A stretch of DNA of 56,654 nt from Deltaproteobacteria bacterium (GTDB taxonomy: Bacteria > Myxococcota_A > UBA9042), in the NCBI GenBank assembly GCA_016218865.1, contig JACRCU010000484.1, positions 1-56,654 on the forward strand. Reading direction: 5' to 3'. The notes under the pieces were generated by a model, which made no database searches, was not told the origin of the DNA, and saw only the letters and a list, made by a program, of their open reading frames with translations. Made by a program: the position numbers and the translations under genes. Each line of letters opens with the position of its first letter. Within the stretch, counting starts at the first letter, position 1. Positions 28,548 to 40,240 of this stretch are shown here, piece after piece.

Positions 28548-28868
28548 ATGCCCGCCCAAAGTCGACTCGGCGACAAGTCGCAGGTACCGGCCGACGCCCA
28601 CGGCTGCCCGGCTTGCCCACACCCCTGCATCGGCCCGGCGGTCGCCGGCTCGCCCAACGTCAACGTGAACAGCCGCGCGGCACTGCGCGTCGGCGATCCC
28701 GGCGTGCACGCCGCTTGCTGTGGTCCCAACACGTGGACCGCGGCAGCGGGCTCGGGCACCGTCTTCATCAACAAGAAGGCGGCGCACCGCCTGGGCGACG
28801 CGGACACGCACTGCGGCGGCAGCGGCAAGATGGTCGAAGGCTCGGGCGACGTCATCACCGGCGGCTGA
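28548..28868 (+). CDS. PAAR-repeat spike-tip protein
   Basis: Three repeats SRLGD / LRVGD / HRLGD with GSPNVNVN, GSGTVFIN and GSGDVITG; His/Cys zinc-ligand candidates. Confidence 0.9.
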   Translation: MPAQSRLGDKSQVPADAHGCPACPHPCIGPAVAGSPNVNVNSRAALRVGDPGVHAACCGPNTWTAAAGSGTVFINKKAAHRLGDADTHCGGSGKMVEGSGDVITGG

Positions 28869-29046
28869 GGCCGCGATCCGCGCCACGAAACCGCTCGTCA
28901 CCGCCGGCCGCTCGGCTCGGCAGCGAAACCTCAACACGAATCGGGTCGTTGGGATCGAGCGATTGGCGCGCTCTGCGCAGACACTCGCAGCTAGCGCGCA
29001 CGGGGCCACGGCGGCGTAGCGGGACACCCAGACAATTGACTGGAAT

Positions 29047-29601
29047 TTAGAAGGGCTTGCGGAACTGTAGGCCGAACGGCGACAGGCTGGTGACGCGCAC
29101 CGTACTGCCGGCGATTTCCAGGGTGGTGAACTGCCGGGTCAGGGCGGCCACGTCGATCTGGGGCGCGATGACCGCCTGGCCGGGCTCGGCGTTGCCGATG
29201 AGGCTGGCCGAGCGCACGCACAGGTCGCAGCGCACGTCGCGGCCCGAGACGCGGGCGGCGTGGCGATCGAGCCAGTCTTTGTTGCTGTAGGTGAGCGGAC
29301 TGCCGCCGTCTTCGCCACCGGCGAGCGCCGCCACGATGCCGACGTGCGACACCACGGAACCCGCCTCGTGCTGGGTGGTTGGGGCTTGGGCGCGGTGGCG
29401 CCGATGGCCGTGTGGGCGCGCCCAAGCCGCCGAAGCGAGCAAGGTGCCGGCGAGCGCGCTCAACGCGAGCAACGTCAACGGCAGCCGGGACCGCCGCAGC
29501 GGTCGCGCAGGACATGGAACACGGTCGGACTGGGCTATCCTCACGGGCACCTCAACATCTCTTTCCACACTACAAATCCGTGACGCGATTTGCAAGCACA
29601 A
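29047..29601 (-). CDS. Hypothetical exported protein (true start probably downstream of the ORF start)
   Basis: Signal-like LTLLALSALAGTLLASAAWA, GC3-rich codons, C-terminal Phe; fills the gap between PAAR and the next gene. Confidence 0.45.
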   Translation of the reverse strand: MCLQIASRICSVERDVEVPVRIAQSDRVPCPARPLRRSRLPLTLLALSALAGTLLASAAWARPHGHRRHRAQAPTTQHEAGSVVSHVGIVAALAGGEDGGSPLTYSNKDWLDRHAARVSGRDVRCDLCVRSASLIGNAEPGQAVIAPQIDVAALTRQFTTLEIAGSTVRVTSLSPFGLQFRKPF

Positions 29602-29703
29602 AGATCATGAAGAGATGTGGCGGGTCGTGGGCGCCGCGCCTTTGCCCGCTCGCAGCCACAGTGGCACAATGGGGCTGCGGCTCCCTGCCGATGCGAGCGC
29701 CCC

Positions 29704-30843
29704 ATGGCCAACGAGACTCCGCCGTTCGTCAGCGGGACCCCGCTGCAACCCCACGTACTGCAAGGCCCTCTGCTGGGTCTGGCCGGCCGCGATGCGCCCC
29801 TGCCGGCCCGCCAGCGCGTGGCCCGCGCCGCCCTGCCCGCCCCGCCAGACGTGCTGGTGCCGGCGCTGCTGTTCCTGACCCAGGATCCCGAGATTGAAAT
29901 TCGCAAGCTGGCCAAGGAATCGCTGGCGTCGATGCCGATCGAAGTGCTGGGACCCGTGCTGGCGGCGATGAAGGAACCGGCGCTGTTCGATACCGCCGCC
30001 CGCGCGCTGATACGGGTTCCCAAGGCCGCGCGGGCAATCGCCCTGAACGCCGGTTGCGCCGACGACACGCTGCGCTGGATGGCGAGCGCCGCCGACCCGG
30101 ACACGGTGCAGGCGATTGGCCGCAACCACGTGCGCGCCCTGCGCTATCCGGCCATCATCGAGGCGATCTACCTGAACCCGCTGGCGCCGCAGAGCTTGGT
30201 GCAGGACCTGTTCGATCTGGCGGTGCGCGCCGGCGTCAACCTGGACCATGTGCCCGGGTTCCGCGAAGCCAAGGCGATGCTGGTGGGCGAGGAGCCCGCC
30301 GACGAGGAAAAGGGCCTGTCGGACGCGGAGTTTGCCTCGGCGATGCTGATGGCGATGGGCCAAGGCGAGCGCGCCATCCACCACGCCGAGAATACCGACG
30401 GCACCGCGACGACCGAGCGCGAGACCGGCAGCCTGGCCGCGCTGCTGTCGCGCATGAGCGTGGCGCAGAAGATCCGCATCGCCATGGTGGGCGACGCCGC
30501 GACGCGCAAGCTGCTGATCCGCGACCCGAAGAAGATGGTGGCGTTTGCCGTGCTGAAGTCGCCGCGCTTGACCGAAGGCGAGATCACCGCGTTTGCCTCG
30601 AACAAGGCGCTGAGCGAAGACATCCTGGCGAGCATTGCCCGCAACCGCCAGTGGACCAAGGACTATGCCACCCGCAAGGCGCTGGTGTTCATCCCCAAGA
30701 CGCCGCTGTCGCTGAGCATGCAGTTCCTGCGCACCCTTAGCCAGAAGGACATGAAGGACTGCTCGGGCTCGCGCGACGTGAACCCCACCGTGGCGCGCAC
30801 CGCCAAGCGGATCCTGACCGAAGCCAACGAGAAGAAAGGGTAG
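29704..30843 (+). CDS. Conserved delta-proteobacterial hypothetical helical-repeat (HEAT/LRV-like) protein
   Basis: C-terminal MSVAQKIRIAMVG..RKLLIRD..VLKSPRLTE..IARNRQW..PKTP block that I recognise from myxobacterial hypothetical proteins. Confidence 0.7.
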   Translation: MANETPPFVSGTPLQPHVLQGPLLGLAGRDAPLPARQRVARAALPAPPDVLVPALLFLTQDPEIEIRKLAKESLASMPIEVLGPVLAAMKEPALFDTAARALIRVPKAARAIALNAGCADDTLRWMASAADPDTVQAIGRNHVRALRYPAIIEAIYLNPLAPQSLVQDLFDLAVRAGVNLDHVPGFREAKAMLVGEEPADEEKGLSDAEFASAMLMAMGQGERAIHHAENTDGTATTERETGSLAALLSRMSVAQKIRIAMVGDAATRKLLIRDPKKMVAFAVLKSPRLTEGEITAFASNKALSEDILASIARNRQWTKDYATRKALVFIPKTPLSLSMQFLRTLSQKDMKDCSGSRDVNPTVARTAKRILTEANEKKG

Positions 30844-30847
30844 TCGA

Positions 30848-32338
30848 CTACTTGGCTGCCGCGACCGGCTTGCCGTCGCTGTCGAGCGCCTGCGCGGTCT
30901 GGCCCTTCAGCGGCCCTTCGGCCAGCAGCGCCTGCACTTGCGGGCCGATCGCCTTGAGGTCGCCGACAATCAGCACCACCAGGTGGTCGTAGTCCAGGTG
31001 CGCCGCTGCGGCCTTCTGCACTGCACCGAGGTCGACCGCCTGCAGCCGCGCCACATGGCCGTCGTACCAGTCTAGCGGCAGCCCGTAGTACGCCAAGCCC
31101 TGGAAGGTGCTGGCGATCGAGCGGCCGGTCGACCAGCGCGCCGGCAGCGACAGGATCGACCCCTCTTTTTCGCGGGCCAGCTCGTCGGCGGTCGCCGGAG
31201 CAGCGCGCAGCGTGGCGATCTCGCTCAGCATCTCGCGGACCGACGGCCCGCTGGCGTCGGCGCGAACCGAGGCCGACAAGCTGAGCAGGCTGCCGCCGCG
31301 CCGGTATTGATAGCCGCCACCGGCGCCGTAGGCCCAGCCGTGCTTCTCGCGCAAGTTCATGTTGATACGGCTGGAAAAGCCCGAGCCGAGCACGCCCATC
31401 ATCAGCTGGGTCGCCTCGTAGTCGGCGGCCGAGCGCTCGGGCCCCTGGCCCAGTACCTGCACCACGGTCTGCTCGGCGCCGGGCACGTCGACGGTGAACA
31501 CCCGGCCCGCGGGCGGCTGCGGGGCGCCGATCGGCGCGAGCTGGGCAGCCGGGGTCTTCCACTCGGCAAACCGCGCCTGCCACGCCTTGGCCAGCGCCGC
31601 GCGGGTCACGTCGCCGACTACGTAAAGGCGCGCGCCCTCTGGCGAAAGCGCGGCGGCGTGCTGCTGACAGCCGGCCACGTCCAGGGCCGCCAGGCTCGCC
31701 TCGGTGCTCAGGCGCCCCCAGGCCTGCGGGCCAAACGCCACGGGACCGACCACCCGCTGGGCCACCGCGGCCGGGTTGCCGCGCGCCTGCATCAGCGACG
31801 CCTTGCGGCGGGCGACGATGCGCGCCAGCTCGTCGGCCCTGAGCCCAGGGCGCAGCAAGCTGTCGGCCAGTAAATCGAGCGCCGGAGCCAGGTTGCGCGA
31901 CAGGACCGCCAGTTGCAGCCCCTGCTGGTCCACACCGCTCCAAGCGTCGATGCTGGCGGCCAGATCGGCCTGGGCCTCGGCGAATTGCACTTTGTCCAGC
32001 TTGGCGGTGCCGGAGCCGAGCAGCTGCATGCAGGCGCTGGCCTGGCCTTCGCGACCGGGCGGATCCCAGGCGGAGCCACCTGCGAGCACCAATTCCATCG
32101 ACACGGTCGGCAGTTCGTGGCGCTCGACCAGCACGACCTCGACGGGCCCGGCGCGGAACACTTGCGGCTTGGGCGTGGCCACCGCCTTGGCGGGTCCAGG
32201 CACCGGTGCCGTGGCGCGCCACGCCTCGGGGTCGGCGGCGGCCTCGGCGGCCCAGCCCTGGGGAACGGCACTGCTGGCCACGAGCGCCGCCAGCCCAAAA
32301 GCGACAGAACTTGTCGCGCACCTGCGGAACTGCATCAT
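30848..32338 (-). CDS. M16B peptidase, non-catalytic subunit
   Basis: ATG overlaps the upstream stop; VLVERHELP and FSSRINMNLREKHGWAYG (R/Y pair); no HxxEH motif. Confidence 0.88.
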   Translation of the reverse strand: MMQFRRCATSSVAFGLAALVASSAVPQGWAAEAAADPEAWRATAPVPGPAKAVATPKPQVFRAGPVEVVLVERHELPTVSMELVLAGGSAWDPPGREGQASACMQLLGSGTAKLDKVQFAEAQADLAASIDAWSGVDQQGLQLAVLSRNLAPALDLLADSLLRPGLRADELARIVARRKASLMQARGNPAAVAQRVVGPVAFGPQAWGRLSTEASLAALDVAGCQQHAAALSPEGARLYVVGDVTRAALAKAWQARFAEWKTPAAQLAPIGAPQPPAGRVFTVDVPGAEQTVVQVLGQGPERSAADYEATQLMMGVLGSGFSSRINMNLREKHGWAYGAGGGYQYRRGGSLLSLSASVRADASGPSVREMLSEIATLRAAPATADELAREKEGSILSLPARWSTGRSIASTFQGLAYYGLPLDWYDGHVARLQAVDLGAVQKAAAAHLDYDHLVVLIVGDLKAIGPQVQALLAEGPLKGQTAQALDSDGKPVAAAK

Positions 32339-33699
32339 CGCCCACCCCCTTGACCCGGCGTCGCCGCCTTGGCGGGCACCGAAAAGACGGCTGCGCGCCG
32401 GTCTGGCATCAAGGTGCTGGCGACCGCGGCGGCAATCGACTGCGGCGTGGCACCGCGGTAGCGCTGCAGATCCTGGGCCAGCGCATCGGTCTTGCCCAAG
32501 TAGTGCTGGTAGGCCTGCAGCACTTCGCAGCGGTTCATCAGCCCTTCCAAGCCCCACACGAAGGCGCTCTCTACGTCGAGCACGGCCCGGTTGCGCTCGG
32601 CGGCGCTCGGCGGCTCCTTGGCCAGCCGCGCCAGCTCCTCGTCGATGACCTTCAGCACCGCGTCGCGCGAGGCGCCCGGCTTCAGGTCGACGATCACGTG
32701 GAACACCGACGACAGTTGCTGGCTGCCCTGGTAGACCGCCACGCTCTGGGCGCTCTGGTCCTGGTGCACCAAGCGCTTGTACAGACGCCCAGTTCCGCCG
32801 TGCCCCAGGATGTGCGCCGCCAGATCCAGGTCGGCATCGCCCGGCTTGTACATCGCCGGCGAGTGCCACGCCAGGTGGATGCGCTCCAGGCGCGCCAGCG
32901 GGTCGCTCACGGTCTGCTCTTGCGCCGCGCTGAGTTGCGGGGTGGCGACCGGCCGATGCTGCGGCGCGGGCGCCTTGGGCAGCGTGCCGAACCACTTGTT
33001 CAGCGCAGCCTTGGCTTGCTTGGGGTCGAAGTCGCCGGCCAGGCACAGGGTGGCATTGCTGGGCACGTACCACTGCTTGAAGAACGACTGCACGTCGTCC
33101 ACGCTCGCGGCTTGCAGGTCTTCGTGGCGGCCAATCGTCATGTAGCGATAGGGATGCCCTTCGGGGTAGAGCATCTGCGAAATGGCAAAGCGTTCCTTGC
33201 CATACGGCACGTTGTCGTAGCGCTGGCGCCGCTCGTTGCGCACCACTTCGCGCTGATTGTCCAGCGACTTCTGGTTGAGCGTGTCCAGCAGCCAACCCAT
33301 GCGGTCCGACTCGAGCCGCAGCGCCGTCTCCAGATGGTGGCTGGGCACCTGCTCGAAGTAGTTGGTGCGGTCGGTGTTGGTGGTGCCGTTGATCTGGCTG
33401 GCGCCGGCCTTCTTCAGGATCTCGAAGTGCACGTCTTCGCCGATGTGCTTGGCGCCCTGGAACATCATGTGCTCGAACAGGTGCGCAAATCCGGACTTGC
33501 CCGGCACCTCGTCGCCCGAGCCCACGTGGTACCACACGTCGACCGCCACCAACGGCACGCTGCGGTCGGGCACGAGCACCACCTGCAGCCCCGAGGGCAA
33601 GGTGAAGACTTCGTGCTTGATTTTGGGCGTGTCGTCGGCCGCCGCCGCGCTGGCCCACAGGACTACAGGGGCCAGCAAAGCCCACACTCTCGTTCTCAT
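32335..33699 (-). CDS. M16B zinc peptidase, catalytic subunit
   Basis: Signal peptide; WYHVGSGDE..GFAHLFEHMMFQG, NGTTNTDRTNY, LESDRM and VRNERRQR. Confidence 0.92.
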   Translation of the reverse strand: MRTRVWALLAPVVLWASAAAADDTPKIKHEVFTLPSGLQVVLVPDRSVPLVAVDVWYHVGSGDEVPGKSGFAHLFEHMMFQGAKHIGEDVHFEILKKAGASQINGTTNTDRTNYFEQVPSHHLETALRLESDRMGWLLDTLNQKSLDNQREVVRNERRQRYDNVPYGKERFAISQMLYPEGHPYRYMTIGRHEDLQAASVDDVQSFFKQWYVPSNATLCLAGDFDPKQAKAALNKWFGTLPKAPAPQHRPVATPQLSAAQEQTVSDPLARLERIHLAWHSPAMYKPGDADLDLAAHILGHGGTGRLYKRLVHQDQSAQSVAVYQGSQQLSSVFHVIVDLKPGASRDAVLKVIDEELARLAKEPPSAAERNRAVLDVESAFVWGLEGLMNRCEVLQAYQHYLGKTDALAQDLQRYRGATPQSIAAAVASTLMPDRRAAVFSVPAKAATPGQGGGR

Positions 33700-33885
33700 C
33701 GCCGCCTCGGTCGTCGGTTGGGTCGCGGGTCCGCGCCCAGTGTGGCGCAGAACAGGGCTACAAGGAAGCAGCCCGCCGCGACATTCCCGCGGAACCGGCG
33801 CGACCGCCGATACCGGTTGCGACAGGGCGGCGATGTGGGCAGGATGGAGCGACCCGGCGCCGGTGCGAGCGGGCCAAGGATGCCA

Positions 33886-35706
33886 ATGCGCAAGCTCGTT
33901 TGGATGGTGCTGGTGCCGGCCCTGGGCACGCTGTGGGCGGCGCCGCTGCTGGCCATGACGCTGGCGGTCAGCTACTTCGACAACCGCTCGGGCCAGGATC
34001 AGTGGCAGCCGCTGAGCAAGGGCCTGGCCGACATGCTGATCACCGACCTGGCCGAGACGGACGGCGTCACGGTGGTCGAGCGCGAGCGCCTGCAAGCGGT
34101 GCTGGGCGAGATCCAGCTGGGCAAGGGCAAATTCATCGACCCGGCCACGGCGCAGAAGCTGGGCAAGGGCCTGGGGGCGACCCATGTGATGACGGGCAGT
34201 TACCAGCTGTCCGGCAACAAAGTGCGCATCGACGCCCGCGCCATCGAGGTCGCGACCGGCGCCGTGCGCGTGACGGCGGAGCACACCGGTCCGGCCGACG
34301 ACGTGTTCGCGGTGGAGTCGAAACTGGCCGAAAAGCTGCGCGAAGGCCTGACCCTGAAGCGGCGCGGCGAGGCCAAGAAGCCGACCAAGGTCTCGGCCGA
34401 CGAGGTGCGCACCTACGGCTTGGGGCTGGAGGCCATCGACGACGGCCACATGGACGAGGCGCGGCGCATCTTGGGCGCCCTGGCCATGCAGCGGCCGGAC
34501 TTCGCCCAAGTTCAGCGCGGTCTTGAGCAACTCTCCCGACGAATCAAGACGTTGCTTGACCAATCCAAGTACGCGCCCGAAAAGATCGTGGCCCTGGCGG
34601 GGCAGATCGAGGCCGGCAAGCTGGATGCCTGCGGCCCGCTGATGAACGAGCTGATGCAGCTGCAGGGGGCGGCGACGCGCGCGGCCGTGACCATCTTGAA
34701 CCCGGCGAGCGGCGACCGCGCCGAGGTCCAAAAGACGCTGGCGGCGTTCTACGCGGTGACCCTGCTGCTGCTCGACAAGCCACCGCTGAGCCAGCCGATC
34801 TGCCCGGGCGCGCAGTCGCCGGCAGCCACGTCGCTGTCGCTGTTCCTGTTCACCATGCACATGCCGGCCAAGCAGGTGATGGACTGCCACCCGCTGATGT
34901 TGGCCCAGGCCCCCAACCCCAAGCAGCGCCAGGATCAGTGCGACCGCGTGCTCAAGCGTGTGCCCGACCTCGCCGATGCCCAAGGTCGCGTGCTGGTGGC
35001 GGCCGCCGACTACCCGGCGCTGATGGTGCAGCTGGGCCAGGTGATGATCGAGCGCTTCCCCAACTCGGCGTATCTGCAGTCACTTCTGCCGATCGTCCAG
35101 AGCTACGTGGAGTTCTTGAAGGTGACGGCCCTGTCCGGCCCGGCGCGGCAGCAGGCCATCGACCGCGGCATCGTCGACAAGGCCCGCCAGCAGGTGGCGC
35201 AAGCCACGGCCTATGCCGATATGTACCTGGCCATCCTGCAGATTCCGCAGCAGCCGGCCCTGCGCGCCTCGATCGCTCCCGGCACCGCGCGCTTGACCCT
35301 GGGCCTGAGCGAGGGCGACATCACCATGGGCACCGCGCGCATCGAGCTGTCGGTCGACGGCGGCAAGACCTGGCCGCACCGCTGGCCGCTCAAGGGCGAG
35401 GCGCCGGGGGCGGCGTCGGCGTCGGTCAAGCTCGCCGTAGCGCCGGGCAGCAAGCTGCTGGTGGGGCTGGCCGAGCGGCTGCGGCGCGACGGCACGCCCG
35501 AGTTCGACCACGTCGCCCGCTGGTATCAGACTGCGGTGTGGCTGGGCACCGAGTCGACCGCCGCAACCGTGGGCAACGCCATGTTCCGCCTGGTGGCGCT
35601 GGACGACAGCGAGCTGGTGCGCTGCCCGGTTCAGCACGACGCCGAGACCAGCGACCGCACCGAAGGCGCGTGGCTGTTCGCCAAGGCCATGTGCAAGGCG
35701 CCGTAA
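33886..35706 (+). CDS. CsgG/TolB-N-like domain protein with TPR and unknown C-terminus
   Basis: Signal peptide; LAVSYFDN..GLADMLITDL..VVERERLQAVLGE..TAQKLGKGLGA..GSY..IDARAIEVATG. Confidence 0.72.
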   Translation: MRKLVWMVLVPALGTLWAAPLLAMTLAVSYFDNRSGQDQWQPLSKGLADMLITDLAETDGVTVVERERLQAVLGEIQLGKGKFIDPATAQKLGKGLGATHVMTGSYQLSGNKVRIDARAIEVATGAVRVTAEHTGPADDVFAVESKLAEKLREGLTLKRRGEAKKPTKVSADEVRTYGLGLEAIDDGHMDEARRILGALAMQRPDFAQVQRGLEQLSRRIKTLLDQSKYAPEKIVALAGQIEAGKLDACGPLMNELMQLQGAATRAAVTILNPASGDRAEVQKTLAAFYAVTLLLLDKPPLSQPICPGAQSPAATSLSLFLFTMHMPAKQVMDCHPLMLAQAPNPKQRQDQCDRVLKRVPDLADAQGRVLVAAADYPALMVQLGQVMIERFPNSAYLQSLLPIVQSYVEFLKVTALSGPARQQAIDRGIVDKARQQVAQATAYADMYLAILQIPQQPALRASIAPGTARLTLGLSEGDITMGTARIELSVDGGKTWPHRWPLKGEAPGAASASVKLAVAPGSKLLVGLAERLRRDGTPEFDHVARWYQTAVWLGTESTAATVGNAMFRLVALDDSELVRCPVQHDAETSDRTEGAWLFAKAMCKAP

Positions 35707-35727
35707 AGCTTAGTGGAGTAAAAGGAA

Positions 35728-36372
35728 CTACACGGCGCGGTCGCCCTTGTTCTCGCGGCCGTCGATGGTCGACAGGACCTTCTCGATCGCCGCGGCGGCC
35801 TGGGCGATGTTCTCTTCGTCGCCGCCCAGCCAGATGCGGCCGAAGGCGCCAAAGGTAATCATTTCCAGGACTTTGATATTGGCGGCTTTCTCGGCCTCGT
35901 TGGTGGCGAGCAGCGCGTAGCCAGCCGGGTGGACCTCGACCGTCAGCATGGTCTGGCCCTCCAAGATCATGTCGCCGTGGCGCATCCGGTTGATCAGCAT
36001 GGTGTGATAACCCTGGATACCCGTGATGGTCTGCGAAGTCATCACCCGCGGCTTCATCCGCTCTTGGGCGGTGATGCCGTAGTGGTCGAGCACCGCATCG
36101 GCGGCAGCGCGCACCTGACCCTGGTCGGTGTGGTGGACTTCCAGCATGCCAAAGGCGCGCTCGACGATCTGCATGCCCGGAATCACGCTGGTTTGCTTGA
36201 GCACCGCGTCGGTCACGTTGTTGATCGACATGCCGGGGGCCACCTCGACCAGCAGCGCCGCCTGGCCTTCCAGGGGCAGGAAGCCGCGGGCGATGGTCGC
36301 GACGAAGCTGGCCGTCTGCGGTTGCAGCACGTCGATCAGGGTGAAGGTGCGAAGTTCGATGCCGGCGGCCAT
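35728..36372 (-). CDS. Bacterial microcompartment tandem-domain shell protein (BMC-T, CcmP/CsoS1D-like)
   Basis: ELRTF..LQPQ..RGFLP..EVAPG..VERAFGMLEVH and PAGYA..NEAEKAA..FGAFGRIWLGG; 214 aa. Confidence 0.9.
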   Translation of the reverse strand: MAAGIELRTFTLIDVLQPQTASFVATIARGFLPLEGQAALLVEVAPGMSINNVTDAVLKQTSVIPGMQIVERAFGMLEVHHTDQGQVRAAADAVLDHYGITAQERMKPRVMTSQTITGIQGYHTMLINRMRHGDMILEGQTMLTVEVHPAGYALLATNEAEKAANIKVLEMITFGAFGRIWLGGDEENIAQAAAAIEKVLSTIDGRENKGDRAV

Positions 36373-36469
36373 GGCGTTCCCCCGCGCAAGTGCGCTGTTG
36401 CGGCGTTGTAGTCCAGCGGGCCGGCGAGGTCAAACCGCGGGCGAGTGCAGCCACAACTCCGTTATTAAT

Positions 36470-37333
36470 TCAAGGCTTTGCCTGCACGTCGCGCACCGGC
36501 AGCTCCACGTTGTCGATGAGCCGCGTGGCTCCATAGCGCGCCGCCACCAGCGCCCGGCCCGCGACCGAAAAATCGTCCAGCGGTTCCAGGCTTTCGGCCT
36601 GCACCAGCCCCACGTACTCGGGCTGGCCACCGCTGGCCGCGATGGTGGCGAGCAGCTCGGCCTGCAACTCGGCCGGTGCGCGCGCGGTAGACGCCACCTG
36701 CTGCTGCAAGTGCCAAAGACCCTTCGAGATCGCCAGAGCGTTCGACCGCTGTTCGGCCGACAGGTAGACGTTGCGCGAGCTCATCGCCAAGCCGTCGGGC
36801 TCGCGGACGATGGGCGCGCCCAAAATCTCGGCTGGATGGTCCAGGTCGCGACACATCTGCCGGATCACCTGCAGCTGTTGCCAGTCCTTTTGGCCAAAGA
36901 TGGCCACGTCGGCGCCGGTCTGGTTCAGCAGCTTCAGCACCACTGTGGCCACGCCGCGGAAGTGCCCGGGCCGGCTGGCGCCGCACCAGCGCTGCGAGAC
37001 CTGCTCCACTTCCACGTGCGTCTGGAACCCGTCCGGATACATCCCTGGCACGTCGGGGTGGTACACGGCGTCGACGCCGCGGGCCTCGCACAGGGCGCAA
37101 TCGGTGGGGAACTGCCGCGGGTAGCGGCCGAAGTCCTCGTTCGGCCCGAATTGCAGCGGATTGACGAAGATCGTCACCACCACGCGGTCGGCGTGCGGGC
37201 GGATCTGGTCCACCAGCTGCAAGTGGCCCTCGTGCAAGGCGCCCATGGTCGGCACCACGCCGATGCGCAGGCCGGCGCGATGCTGTTCGGTGTGCCACTG
37301 CCGCAGCGCGTGGGGATTCGTCAGGATTTGCAT
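36470..37333 (-). CDS. panC: Pantoate-beta-alanine ligase
   Basis: VPTMGALHEGH, IFVNPLQF, RPGHFRGV, FGQKDWQQ, REPDGLAMSSRN and RLIDN. Confidence 0.97.
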   Translation of the reverse strand: MQILTNPHALRQWHTEQHRAGLRIGVVPTMGALHEGHLQLVDQIRPHADRVVVTIFVNPLQFGPNEDFGRYPRQFPTDCALCEARGVDAVYHPDVPGMYPDGFQTHVEVEQVSQRWCGASRPGHFRGVATVVLKLLNQTGADVAIFGQKDWQQLQVIRQMCRDLDHPAEILGAPIVREPDGLAMSSRNVYLSAEQRSNALAISKGLWHLQQQVASTARAPAELQAELLATIAASGGQPEYVGLVQAESLEPLDDFSVAGRALVAARYGATRLIDNVELPVRDVQAKP

Positions 37334-37380
37334 CGGGTCTCGCAGTGGAGCGGCCTAGGCGGGCTCGGCGCCCGTCGTCC

Positions 37381-38352
<972 letters not shown>

Positions 38353-38474
38353 CGGGTGGCCTCCTGGGTTTGGTAGACCCCACCATGGGTTCACGGTAAG
38401 GGATCGCCGCAGCAAAAGGCAAGCCGGATCGGACCAGCTGGGGATGCCGCCGTCGATTTTGCCGACGCGAGCGA
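38353..38474 (-). promoter_or_regulatory. Structured panB leader, possible pan RNA motif
   Basis: Hairpin AGCTGG-TCCGAT-CCGGCT (minus strand, 38422-38439) upstream of panBC; identity not confirmed. Confidence 0.3.
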
Positions 38475-40043
<1,569 letters not shown>

Positions 40044-40240
40044 GGCCTACCTGCGGGGCGCGCAAAAGAAGCGGGCGCGCCTGTTTAGCCCGGTTGGCCG
40101 GCGGATTCAAGCACGCGCCGCGTCCGATCCGCCAGTCTGCGACGGAATAACTCAGCAAATTCGCTCCGTGGAAAATGGCTACCACCCTATGCTAGCCTCC
40201 ATCCTCGCTTTTTGCGCCGCCATCGCCATTGGGAGACGAC

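Noticed and set aside
30848-33699. Frameshifted single M16 peptidase or pseudogene
   Set aside because: Two-gene M16B heterodimers are normal. The second gene has its own ATG (ATGA overlap) and signal peptide.
14037-36372. SsnA/YgfK and BMC-T as one purine-utilisation microcompartment locus
   Set aside because: They are about 18 kb apart with unrelated genes between, and no other shell or xanthine dehydrogenase genes are present.
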